DNA of 32,000 bases from Nitrososphaerota archaeon (GTDB taxonomy: Archaea > Thermoproteota > Nitrososphaeria > Nitrososphaerales > Nitrosopumilaceae). Under the pieces are notes generated by a model. That model was not told the origin of the DNA. It was given only the letters and a program-made list of their open reading frames with translations, and did not search any database. This document shows positions 8,712 to 17,054 of this stretch, one piece after another; within the stretch, counting starts at the first letter, position 1, and every line of letters begins with the position of its first letter. Location: assembly GCA_028867275.1 (NCBI GenBank), contig JAGWGU010000002.1, positions 67,667 through 99,666 on the forward strand, read 5' to 3'. Both the position numbers and the translations under genes were made by a program.

Positions 8712-8962
8712 AAATAAATCGAGGTGTCGGAATTTTACTAGCAGGAATAGGAATGTTCCTAGTAGGACATTTTCTTTCACAACTTGTTCTTGATTTGATT
8801 CCTACAATTAATCCGGCCAATTCAAGTGTGATTGCAGATGCAAATTATCACATGTTGTCAATTAGCAACCAATTATCAATCATAAGTCAGTTTGGACTCA
8901 TAGTGATAGTAATAGGTGTAATTATTTTCTTTATAGATAGAAGAAAAAAGATTAAACAATAA
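8708..8962 (+). CDS. Small membrane protein (2 TM helices)
   Basis: 84 aa. ATGA start/stop overlap with the upstream surface-protein gene (8708-8711). Two hydrophobic helices and a basic tail RRKKIKQ. Confidence 0.55.
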   Translation: MKINRGVGILLAGIGMFLVGHFLSQLVLDLIPTINPANSSVIADANYHMLSISNQLSIISQFGLIVIVIGVIIFFIDRRKKIKQ

Positions 8963-9021
8963 AACATGGTAAATTTTAGACATACTCTAAAATCATGTGT
9001 CGCTATTTCAAATATACCGCA

Positions 9022-9972
9022 TTATCCCTTCATGCCATATCCAACAAGTACAGAATAGCATCCAAGGCCACACTCCTCACATATTGGTTGCATCGAAGAG
9101 TTTTCTGCACTACCAATGCAGCATGGTTTTTTTTCTCTTCCCATGTGGTCAACTGATACAATTGCCCACGTAGGACAATCAATTGGAATAGTCCCCTTTC
9201 CGCCCCAGTTTTTCTTCATCAATTCAAGCTGACTGTCAGGGTTTATGATGTATTTATCATCAAATTTCTTTTTCATTGCAATGATATCATCAACTACTCT
9301 AGTTCGCTCAGGGCCAAATGGCAAGAAGAGTGGATCATTTTTTGCAAATGGAGTATGAAATTGAAATCCAATCTTATTTGTGTAGTCGTGCCATTCTTGT
9401 GCCACATCTTGTACCGTCTTGTAGTTTTGCGAGTTTATGGTCATCGTAATCCATACATCCTTCCATGCTTTCTCTCCATTATTTTTCACATACTCAAGAA
9501 CATTCTTTCTGGTTTTATCATATGATCCAGGACCGCGAATTTTGTCATGAATCTCTTTTGTGCCATCTATTGATATCCAGTAAAAGTATAGATCTGGAAT
9601 TTTTTTCAACGGCATTGTTCCATTTGATACGATACAGATTCTTTTGGGAAACTGTTTTACAAACAAGTCAATGACATCAGGTCGAAGAGTGGGCTCACCT
9701 CCAACTAGAGTAATAATGAACACATGTCTTTTCTTAAATTTCTCATCAATCACTTTTTGCCATTGCGCAATTGTGAGCTCCTCATTTTCTTTTCTGTTAA
9801 GCCACCAATAGCAGTGAGTACAGTGCAGGTTGCACACGTTGATTATATCAGCAGAGCCATACAAGGGACTCTTGCGATGAAATAACTTGTAGCCTGTAAA
9901 TTTGCCAAAGATATGAAAATAACAAGGCATCTCCCGGACTATTTGCGTAAACCCTCTACCCATTATTTCCAT
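9022..9972 (-). CDS. Radical SAM enzyme with C-terminal Cys-rich auxiliary-cluster region (layout reminiscent of HpnH-type enzymes)
   Basis: 316 aa. CNLHCTHC is a CX3CX2C motif. LVGGEPTL is the SAM-binding GGE motif. WISIDGTKEIHDKIRG is present. C-terminal cysteines: CPTW...PCCIG...CEECGLGCY. Confidence 0.85.
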   Translation of the reverse strand: MEIMGRGFTQIVREMPCYFHIFGKFTGYKLFHRKSPLYGSADIINVCNLHCTHCYWWLNRKENEELTIAQWQKVIDEKFKKRHVFIITLVGGEPTLRPDVIDLFVKQFPKRICIVSNGTMPLKKIPDLYFYWISIDGTKEIHDKIRGPGSYDKTRKNVLEYVKNNGEKAWKDVWITMTINSQNYKTVQDVAQEWHDYTNKIGFQFHTPFAKNDPLFLPFGPERTRVVDDIIAMKKKFDDKYIINPDSQLELMKKNWGGKGTIPIDCPTWAIVSVDHMGREKKPCCIGSAENSSMQPICEECGLGCYSVLVGYGMKG

Positions 9973-10065
9973 TATACCATAATAACATCCTGCTGGTTAA
10001 AAGACATTTTTTCCCAAATGGCAATTTTTACAATGGCAGAGCACTGACATTTGTACTCACATTAC

Positions 10066-10299
10066 TCAATTGGCGCACATTAGGGTAGTAGTACATTTTA
10101 CTTGTGACAGATGACGTATTTTTTTTGCAATGATATCACGTATTTCGTCTATATCTGAGCATTCTAGTTTCACTATGATATCATAGTTGCCAAATACGCC
10201 TGACACTTCCTTTACTGAATCAAACGACTTCACACCTTCGACAATTGTCCCCTCCGCACCCATCTCACAATTTATCATTACATATGCGGTTTCCACCAT
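10066..10299 (-). CDS. Stand-alone Lrp/AsnC ligand-binding (RAM) domain protein
   Basis: 77 aa. Beta-alpha-beta-beta-alpha-beta pattern AYVMINCEMGAEGTIVEGVKSFDSVKEVSGVFGNYDIIVKLECSDIDEIRDII. No HTH domain. Confidence 0.7.
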   Translation of the reverse strand: MVETAYVMINCEMGAEGTIVEGVKSFDSVKEVSGVFGNYDIIVKLECSDIDEIRDIIAKKIRHLSQVKCTTTLMCAN

Positions 10300-10500
10300 A
10301 ATAATTCGTGTTCATAATATATGAAATTTTTGATATGTCTTAAAAATATCTAGAAATTATTCGGATTAATTTTTAAAATTTCCAATCAATTATCAATATA
10401 CACGTAATTTCTGAAAAATATTCATGACAATTTGTAAATGGATATGATAGTGGACATAAGGTACTGCCAACACAATTCAAAAAAATGAAAAAATGTAAAA

Positions 10501-11283
10501 CTACTGGTCTCCTATTAGAAAGGTTACGTTCACAGTAGTTGTTACTTGTTGGTTTGCCGTAAATACAGGCGTTGCCTTTTCAGCCATAGACATGGCACCA
10601 TAATACATTGGAACTGGCGGCATGGTAAACTCTGACAAGCTAACCATTTTTACGCCTATTATCTTCTGGCCTAGAGGATCAAGTGCTTTTTGTGCTCGCG
10701 ACTTGGCATTCAGGACGGCCTTAGTTAGCAGATCATCTTGTATGCTTTGTTGCTTGTCAGGAGAGAGTGAGAACGAAATGTTGTCTACTCTGTTTGCCCC
10801 TGCACCTGTTGCAGCATCAATGATATCTCCTGCAAGTGACAGTTTGGTTGTCTTGACATACAAGGTGTTTGAAGCTCGGTAGCCTGTCAATACTGATTTG
10901 TGTATACCAGTGGTTGGATCAGGCACAGAATCATTGTACACTGGATAAATTGAAAATCCAGCAGTGCTGATCTCATCTTTGGTTATTCCACTGTTCAAAA
11001 CAGCATTTACCACATCATTCATCACCTGAGAGTTTGAACTTGATGCATCCTTGGCAGTCTTTGCCTCAGTGTCAACACCAAACTGAACAGTAACCAAATC
11101 TGGCGATACAGATGTGGTTGCTGAACCTGTGACAGATGCTGTCCTTTCTCGTGATGCTGGTATTACAGACACTTGTTGTCCATAGGCCCCTTTCTGAGAA
11201 ATCTCCAGGCTTGCAAATATGGCAGTTGAAACAATCAAGACTGCAGCAAGTGTTGCAAGCATGGTTTTTTTCGGAGTTGTCAT
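10501..11283 (-). CDS. SIMPL-domain (DUF541) secreted protein
   Basis: 260 aa. N-terminal signal/anchor, then SVTGSATTSVSPDLVTVQFGVDTEAKTAKDASSSNSQVMNDVVNAV and ...VNVTFLI, typical of the SIMPL/26-kDa periplasmic immunogenic protein family. Confidence 0.8.
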   Translation of the reverse strand: MTTPKKTMLATLAAVLIVSTAIFASLEISQKGAYGQQVSVIPASRERTASVTGSATTSVSPDLVTVQFGVDTEAKTAKDASSSNSQVMNDVVNAVLNSGITKDEISTAGFSIYPVYNDSVPDPTTGIHKSVLTGYRASNTLYVKTTKLSLAGDIIDAATGAGANRVDNISFSLSPDKQQSIQDDLLTKAVLNAKSRAQKALDPLGQKIIGVKMVSLSEFTMPPVPMYYGAMSMAEKATPVFTANQQVTTTVNVTFLIGDQ

Positions 11284-11417
11284 TAGATATCACAATATCA
11301 GCAGAGTTAATAGGCTTTGATTAAATTTCATTTTAACTTAATTTTTTTTAAAAATTTAGGTTACAACAAGCAACATAATGTATTTTTATCAAAACTAGAC
11401 CAAAGCATAATATTGTA

Positions 11418-12122
11418 TTAATTTTTTATTTTTCTTAATTTTGCAAATGCACGCATTCCAAAAAATACTGTAAGAAATGCAACAGTAGCTCCAGCTATTG
11501 CAATTGCAATCATCACAGGATCTGCTGATGCAATAGACGGTTCCGGACTTAGGATGTGAGTAGTAGCAAATGGAGCAATGGAACCATTACTTCTCAGAGA
11601 TTCAGTTGCATGTGGCAGGCTTTTTTGCACAATCTCTTGAACTGGCGCTTTCGGATTTGCAATCTGGTTCTGTTCTACAAGGTAGATCACAGGACCAACT
11701 ATAACAAAGGCTACAATACTTGCTAGATAATGACGCAGCTGTAGAAAAATTGCCTCTTTTTTTGATTTTGAAACGTTATTTTCGGCAGGGTTTTCAGGAG
11801 ATACTATCACAAATGCCGTTTTTACTGGACCATAATACTTCATTTTTTTATTTTTGGAGCTAAGCTCAATTTTCTCTACTTTTATCAATCCTACACCAAG
11901 CAAACGATTGATATGCCAGTTGACAAGAGGAAGCGAAATGTTTAGTGATTTTGCCAGATCGTTTGTGCTTGACACTCCCTGAGATATTTTGCCAAATATT
12001 GCTCTGCCAGTGTCATTTGCTAGTTCTTCGCCAATGATTTTTATCCTTTCATCTTCAGTACTGATTATCTCAATGTGTTCGTGTGCCTTGACAAAAAAAT
12101 CAGAGTTATCATCGTCTGACAT
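11418..12122 (-). CDS. Membrane-tethered winged-helix (ArsR-like) transcriptional regulator
   Basis: 234 aa. wHTH segment GRAIFGKISQGVSSTNDLAKSLNISLPLVNWHINRLLGVGLIKVE, followed by two TM helices (LASIVAFVIVGPVIYLV and VMIAIAIAGATVAFLTVFFGM). Confidence 0.7.
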   Translation of the reverse strand: MSDDDNSDFFVKAHEHIEIISTEDERIKIIGEELANDTGRAIFGKISQGVSSTNDLAKSLNISLPLVNWHINRLLGVGLIKVEKIELSSKNKKMKYYGPVKTAFVIVSPENPAENNVSKSKKEAIFLQLRHYLASIVAFVIVGPVIYLVEQNQIANPKAPVQEIVQKSLPHATESLRSNGSIAPFATTHILSPEPSIASADPVMIAIAIAGATVAFLTVFFGMRAFAKLRKIKN

Positions 12123-12393
12123 GGTATAGGAATATCATAGCTTGAACATATAATTGAACAATGTCTTCATAATCATGCGCAACACTTTTCTTTGCAAGAC
12201 ATGTCACATGGTTTTAAAAAATATGTCTTAGAATTGGCCCTCACAGTTCCAGATTGGAATCAATGATCCCAGACTAGTTCCAGACTCTTTTCATATAACA
12301 GATACAAAGTGATAACATCTTGGAATTTAGTATACTAAACGTAGAGAAGTCAATGCACAGTACAATGAGCGACCAAGATAGGAAGAAGACCAA

Positions 12394-12678
12394 ATGAGTA
12401 GAATAGATGTCAACGAAATGAAGGCAATAGTGGTGCTTGCCATAGAGCACACGCTATTGAAGATAAGCAAAAACACATTAGAAAAAGTCGAGACAGAGTT
12501 ACATCAAAAGTACAAGTGTAGTATATCTGACTGCTATGAGCATCCAGAATACCTAAGCAAGGTTCTCAAAGATCTCTTTGGCAACTCCCACCATGGTATT
12601 GTAAGAGATGTAAACAAGTATCTTGACGAGTTTACATATCAAAGACCAATATCTGAATTTTTAGACAAGATCAAGTAA
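12394..12678 (+). CDS. Hypothetical small soluble protein
   Basis: 94 aa ORF with balanced composition and no competing ORF. I recognised no motif. Confidence 0.45.
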   Translation: MSRIDVNEMKAIVVLAIEHTLLKISKNTLEKVETELHQKYKCSISDCYEHPEYLSKVLKDLFGNSHHGIVRDVNKYLDEFTYQRPISEFLDKIK

Positions 12679-12819
12679 CCCAAGATCAGGTTTTGTTTGC
12701 CCAAGATTTGAACATCAAGTGTTTTTCAAGCCATCATACTTACAATCATTTCACAACATCGTTAATTGATGCTCATAGATAATGTAAAAATGCCTCAAGA
12801 CGTCTTTTGACATATCGAC

Positions 12820-13155
12820 ATGTTACCTTTTTTTCTTGACATTTGGGGGTGTATGACAGAGATCTCCAAGAACTGTTCCGATATGAGCAATGCGTCCTCG
12901 ACATACCTTGGAATCTTAGGGGGCGCAATAGTTGGAGGCATAGTTAGCTGGTGGATTTACAACAGACAAAAACGCACATCAGAACAACAGGACAAGATAC
13001 TAGGAAGAATAGAAAAACTAGAGGAAAACCACAGTGAAATTTTAAAAAAACTCGCAGACTTTGATGACAAGCACGAGTACTCATTTGATGCAATACAAGA
13101 GCTAGACAAAAAGATTGATTCACTTTTAAAGAAATTTCAAGATGATCCCAAATGA
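12820..13155 (+). CDS. Single-pass membrane protein with C-terminal coiled coil
   Basis: TM helix YLGILGGAIVGGIVSWWIY, then a charged heptad-like tail (ILGRIEKLEENHSEILKKLADFDDK...). ATG at 12883 (MSNASS...) is an equally plausible start. Confidence 0.5.
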   Translation: MLPFFLDIWGCMTEISKNCSDMSNASSTYLGILGGAIVGGIVSWWIYNRQKRTSEQQDKILGRIEKLEENHSEILKKLADFDDKHEYSFDAIQELDKKIDSLLKKFQDDPK

Positions 13156-13166
13156 GGATATCATCA

Positions 13167-13319
13167 CTAGTTTGAAAATGACCACTTGTCTTCCTTGTTG
13201 ATCTTTAGTATTTGCTCTGGCGATATGTCTTTGTGATCAATGCCAATATGATTAGTATATTCTACAAGACTGGTGAACTTTTTACCGCATACAGGACAGT
13301 TCTTTTCAAACCCACCCAT
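13167..13319 (-). CDS. Small C2H2-type zinc-finger protein (50 aa)
   Basis: Below the track length cutoff. Manual translation: MGGFEKNCPVCGKKFTSLVEYTNHIGIDHKDISPEQILKINKEDKWSFSN*. It shows CxxC...HxxxxH spacing. ATG at 13319, TAG at 13167-13169. Confidence 0.55.
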   Translation of the reverse strand: MGGFEKNCPVCGKKFTSLVEYTNHIGIDHKDISPEQILKINKEDKWSFSN

Positions 13320-13373
13320 GGTATATCATAGATACAAATTTTCTATTTTAAGATATTCTAGATTCCCAAGATA

Positions 13374-14630
13374 TTAGAGCTTACCATATTCTTCTTCGTC
13401 AGAGTACGCCCTCTCTGCATGCTCTTCAATATCAAGTCCTGCCTCTTCTACACTAGGACTCACCCTTATCGGAACTAAGGCCTTGATTATCTTGAGAATT
13501 AGCCACGTGCCTCCAAATCCCATCAGTATTGCAATGCCGACTCCAATTGCCTGAGCCCCAAGTTGTCCTGGATTTCCAAATAACCATCCGTTTATTCCAA
13601 GATGGTTTACTGCAGAGTTGGCAAATACTCCTACAAGTAATGAGCCAATAATTCCTGAAACTCCATGAACTGCGCCAATGTCAAGCGCATCATCTATCTT
13701 CAATCGTTCCTTGAGCACTGGCACCATCAGTGATGATGCAAAGCCTGCAATGATTCCAATCACTACAGCATATTCTACTCCCACGTATCCTGAAGCAGGG
13801 GTAATTGCTGCAAGACCTGCAACTGCCCCATTGATTGCAGCAATCACACTAGATTTTCTTGTTCGAATCCAAAATATTACAACCCAGATAAGACATGAGA
13901 CAGCAGATGCCATTTGCGTATTTACTATAGTAATTCCGGAAAGAGAGCCTGCAGCATATGCACTTCCAGCATTAAATCCAAACCAACCAAGCCATAGAAG
14001 TGAAGATCCAAGAACTGCAAGTGGAATATTGTGCGGGACCATGATACCCGGGCCAAATCCAAGTCTTCTACCAAGTACCAGGGCAGCTGCAATTCCACCA
14101 ACACCTGTTGTTGTGTGTATAATCATTCCTCCTGCAAAATCAACCACACCAAGCTTGTGCAACCATCCATCCCCCCAGATCCAGTGTACCAGTGGATAGT
14201 AGATCAGAGCACTCCACGCCACGATAAACAAGACATATGCACTAAACTTCATTCGCTCTGCCACTGCACCAGTAAGTATCAGTGGCGTGATTACTGCAAA
14301 CATCATCTGGAACATTGCAAACGAGACTCCAGGTACAGTTGGCGCATAATGGAGTCCCTCATTTTGAGACACTCCTTTTAGGAATCTCCAGTCCATGTTA
14401 CCTGTGATTCCTTCACCAGTATCAGGACCAAAAGTCAGACTAAAACCTACTGTAAACCACATCACACTTAGCAATGCAAGACCAAAGAAGATCTGCATAA
14501 AGACAGAGACTGCGTTTTTTTGTCGTAAAAGGCCAGCCTCAAACATACCAAGTGCAGGTATCATAAGCAGCACCAAACTAGATGCTATCATAAGCCAAGC
14601 AGTATCACCTGTGTTTATCGGAACGGGCAA
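13374..14630 (-). CDS. amt: Ammonium transporter (Amt/MEP/Rh family)
   Basis: 418 aa with about 11 TM helices. Family signatures GDTAWLMIASSLVLLMIPALGMFEAGLLRQKN, DFAGGMIIHTTTGVGG and GAVHGVSGIIGSLLVGVFA. TTG start at 14630 with an in-frame TGA just upstream. The conserved first TM helix precedes the first ATG. Confidence 0.95.
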   Translation of the reverse strand: MPVPINTGDTAWLMIASSLVLLMIPALGMFEAGLLRQKNAVSVFMQIFFGLALLSVMWFTVGFSLTFGPDTGEGITGNMDWRFLKGVSQNEGLHYAPTVPGVSFAMFQMMFAVITPLILTGAVAERMKFSAYVLFIVAWSALIYYPLVHWIWGDGWLHKLGVVDFAGGMIIHTTTGVGGIAAALVLGRRLGFGPGIMVPHNIPLAVLGSSLLWLGWFGFNAGSAYAAGSLSGITIVNTQMASAVSCLIWVVIFWIRTRKSSVIAAINGAVAGLAAITPASGYVGVEYAVVIGIIAGFASSLMVPVLKERLKIDDALDIGAVHGVSGIIGSLLVGVFANSAVNHLGINGWLFGNPGQLGAQAIGVGIAILMGFGGTWLILKIIKALVPIRVSPSVEEAGLDIEEHAERAYSDEEEYGKL

Positions 14631-14700
14631 GATGGAATTAGGTCATAATGTTGAGCTATTAATCATTTTCCCAAGACCTGTCAAAGACATAGATCCAACA

Positions 14701-15108
14701 CTAGGAACGAGGTGGCATGTGAAATATTTTTTTAGGAACAATCTTCAAGAGGACCCTTTCTTCACCAGGCATTGCAAACGGATATTTATCAACTCCCAGG
14801 TATTTTTTTGCCATTTTATCGATGTGCTTGTCTGCACCATCAGTTGTCTGTTCTACTACATGACCTTGGATTGTCACCATGTTGTAAGGATTGTTTCTGT
14901 CAACAATAGAGATCGCAACCCTTGGATCCCTTGAGACATTTCTTTGCTTTACCCTACCTTTTGCAGTATTTATAAGAATCATCCCATCAACTAGGTCTAT
15001 CCATACCGGAGTTATCTGTGGCGAGGCATCTTTCATCAAGGTAGCAATAAATGCAAAGTTTTTGTCTTCAATTAATTTTGCAACCTCTGGAGATATGTTA
15101 CTAGTCAT
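14701..15108 (-). CDS. Pyridoxamine 5'-phosphate oxidase (PPOX) family split-barrel flavin/F420-binding protein
   Basis: 135 aa. NFAFIATLMKDASPQITPVWIDLVDGMILINTAKGRVKQRNVSRDPRVAISIVD...VTIQGHV matches the PPOX-class fold pattern. Confidence 0.78.
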   Translation of the reverse strand: MTSNISPEVAKLIEDKNFAFIATLMKDASPQITPVWIDLVDGMILINTAKGRVKQRNVSRDPRVAISIVDRNNPYNMVTIQGHVVEQTTDGADKHIDKMAKKYLGVDKYPFAMPGEERVLLKIVPKKIFHMPPRS

Positions 15109-15713
15109 AGTGACTTGGCCTTGTTTCCAAACTTGCCCTCCATCACAATTTCGGACAAGGGCTTTCTAGTATTTGGAGTCTCCCGTGCTTGAAGTTCAGG
15201 AGTCAGTCTTTCTTTTGGACCTCTTTTTCCTATTGCAATCATTGCCATTACATCATAATCATCAGGTACCTGTAGTGTCTTTCTTGCCTTGTCATAATCA
15301 AACCCAGCCATTGCATGTGTAACCAATCCCTGAGATACTGCTTGAATTGCCAAGTTTTCCCATGCTGCTCCAGTATCGAACTGGTGCGTTATTGACGGTT
15401 GACCATTATGCTCAAAGTTCTTTCTAGATACAACAACAACTAGAGCTGATGCATCGGTACACCACTGTTTGTTAAAATCAATCAACAGATTGAAAAAGTC
15501 ATCCCAGTTTGCAGAGTTCCTTTTTGTATAGATGAACCTCCATGGTTGACTGTTAGAAGAAGACGGTGCCCATCGTGCAGACTCGAAGAGAGAAAACAAG
15601 TCTTTGTCACTTAGATCACATGGTGCAAATGATCGTGGTGACCACCTGTTTACTATAACAGGATTAATTTCAAATGTCATGTTTCGTGTCTTTTGGACTT
15701 CAGGGTCTATCAT
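15105..15713 (-). CDS. Nitroreductase-family flavoprotein
   Basis: 202 aa. RWSPRSF...LFESARWAPSSSNSQPWRF is the classic nitroreductase N-terminal signature. ATGA overlap with the downstream PPOX gene (15105-15108). Confidence 0.85.
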   Translation of the reverse strand: MIDPEVQKTRNMTFEINPVIVNRWSPRSFAPCDLSDKDLFSLFESARWAPSSSNSQPWRFIYTKRNSANWDDFFNLLIDFNKQWCTDASALVVVVSRKNFEHNGQPSITHQFDTGAAWENLAIQAVSQGLVTHAMAGFDYDKARKTLQVPDDYDVMAMIAIGKRGPKERLTPELQARETPNTRKPLSEIVMEGKFGNKAKSL

Positions 15714-15814
15714 AAACGGTTTTCATATTCTGTGATGGCCATCCAGTATTATTGGGTTTCTAAATGATTAGAAATTTTATTCACGCTAACAGATTTCATA
15801 TTTTTAAGAAACAG

Positions 15815-16477
15815 TCATCTTTTCATTGAATCTATACGAGAAAAAATTGGTCCCATGTATTTGCTTGAAGCAATTACAGCACATGCTATTCCAGTACCAA
15901 GAAGAATTCCTCCCACGACATCTAGTGGATAGTGTGCACCAACGTAAACTCTAGAATAGGAAACAAGCAATGCCTCAATTCCAAGAATTACAGAGGCAAT
16001 AATCTGCCTTCCCCTATGAAATCTCAAAAGTAGTATGGCGGCACCACCAGAAACAATTGTTGCGTGACCAGACGGAAAAGATGGATCGGTTTCACTTTTT
16101 ACAAGTAGATTCTCACTTGGTGATACAGGTCTTGGTCGGTCTATCTCATCTTTTATTATAGTTCCAAGAGGAATTAAGATCAAAAAGGTCACAGTAAGCA
16201 AAACTGCAGCTTTTCGACCATCTTTTTTTCCAAAGACAAAGAATATGGCAGTAACTCCAATCCACACTACCTCCCTACCATATTTTGTCAACTCTACCAT
16301 TATGTTGTTAATGGTTTTGCCACTGGGATGATTTACTGTTACAAATGATGAATGATCCCACTCTGAAACACTAGCATTATTTCCAACAATTAGAAAAGAC
16401 AAAACTGCAAAGCCTGCAAGCAAGATTGCAGATATTACAGCATACTTCATTTCAAACAAATTGAAAATAATGCCCAT
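15815..16477 (-). CDS. PAP2-family membrane phosphatase (phosphatidic acid / undecaprenyl-PP phosphatase-like)
   Basis: 220 aa. The three PAP2 motifs are present: KDEIDRPRP, PSGH and SRVYVGAHYPLDV. Multiple TM helices. Confidence 0.85.
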   Translation of the reverse strand: MGIIFNLFEMKYAVISAILLAGFAVLSFLIVGNNASVSEWDHSSFVTVNHPSGKTINNIMVELTKYGREVVWIGVTAIFFVFGKKDGRKAAVLLTVTFLILIPLGTIIKDEIDRPRPVSPSENLLVKSETDPSFPSGHATIVSGGAAILLLRFHRGRQIIASVILGIEALLVSYSRVYVGAHYPLDVVGGILLGTGIACAVIASSKYMGPIFSRIDSMKR

Positions 16478-16489
16478 TATAAAACAAGC

Positions 16490-16636
16490 TTACTTGCAAT
16501 CATAGTGCACCTGTTCTTCACTTTCTTGTCTACAGGATTTACAGTAAAACTTGTAGGGTTTATTACAAATGAGGCATTTCTTTAGCATCTCAAGTTCATA
16601 ACCACAATGTCTACAAGTATCTGTACGCATTTTCAT
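16490..16636 (-). CDS. Small zinc-ribbon protein (48 aa)
   Basis: Below the track cutoff. Manual translation: MKMRTDTCRHCGYELEMLKKCLICNKPYKFYCKSCRQESEEQVHYDCK*. Three CxxC pairs. ATG at 16636, TAA at 16490-16492. Confidence 0.5.
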   Translation of the reverse strand: MKMRTDTCRHCGYELEMLKKCLICNKPYKFYCKSCRQESEEQVHYDCK

Positions 16637-16813
16637 GATAATTACCAGTGTATCATATTTATCAATTACACGAAAACTCCAAAGGGTATTTTGCAGTAGG
16701 ACAAGCTAATTGTCAATTCAATTCATAAAATAAAAAATCGATTAAACAACTTAGCTTAACAATAACAAAACAAGCTTATGATATGTTATCAGTTTGTTCA
16801 CATAACTACATGT

Positions 16814-16957
16814 ATGACAGACAAGCCAACCAACCCCACTGTGTGGGCAACAGAGGTTCGTGCTCCATTCAAAAAAATAATAGCATACGATATCCTGTTT
16901 TTGGGACTAGGTGCAATTATCGGAGCAGGAATAATTACTGCAGTCCTATTTCATTAG
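16814..16957 (+). CDS. Possible small single-TM membrane protein (47 aa)
   Basis: Manual translation: MTDKPTNPTVWATEVRAPFKKIIAYDILFLGLGAIIGAGIITAVLFH*. It looks more protein-like than the overlapping track ORF 16783..16992, and a hairpin plus T-tract follows it. Confidence 0.3.
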   Translation: MTDKPTNPTVWATEVRAPFKKIIAYDILFLGLGAIIGAGIITAVLFH

Positions 16958-16974
16958 ATAGGACTATTCTTTTT
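16942..16974 (+). terminator. Hairpin plus oligo-T tract
   Basis: AGTCCTAT (16942-16949) pairs perfectly with ATAGGACT (16958-16965) across an 8-nt loop containing the TAG stop. ATTCTTTTT follows (16966-16974). Confidence 0.3.
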
Positions 16975-17054
16975 AATTTAGAAAAAATTTAATGTCATAG
17001 AAGATATTTTCAAGTCATAAAATAATTTACAGAAAAATATTTTGATAAAAAAGT

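Noticed and set aside
13861-13870. GTTCGAATCC, resembling a tRNA T-loop
   Set aside because: It lies inside the amt coding region and has no flanking T-stem, acceptor-stem or anticodon-arm complementarity. No tRNA-like cloverleaf was found anywhere in the window.
13678-14934. Track ORFs 13678..14199, 14031..14381 and 14395..14934 on the + strand
   Set aside because: They are antisense shadow ORFs of the strongly supported amt and PPOX genes. Their translations are Pro/Ser/Thr/Cys-rich and low in complexity, with no motifs.
16783-16992. 69-aa track ORF MLSVCSHNYMYDRQ...
   Set aside because: Cys/Arg/Asn-rich and not protein-like. The alternative frame 16814..16957 gives a plausible single-TM peptide followed by a hairpin and T-tract, though it too has low confidence.
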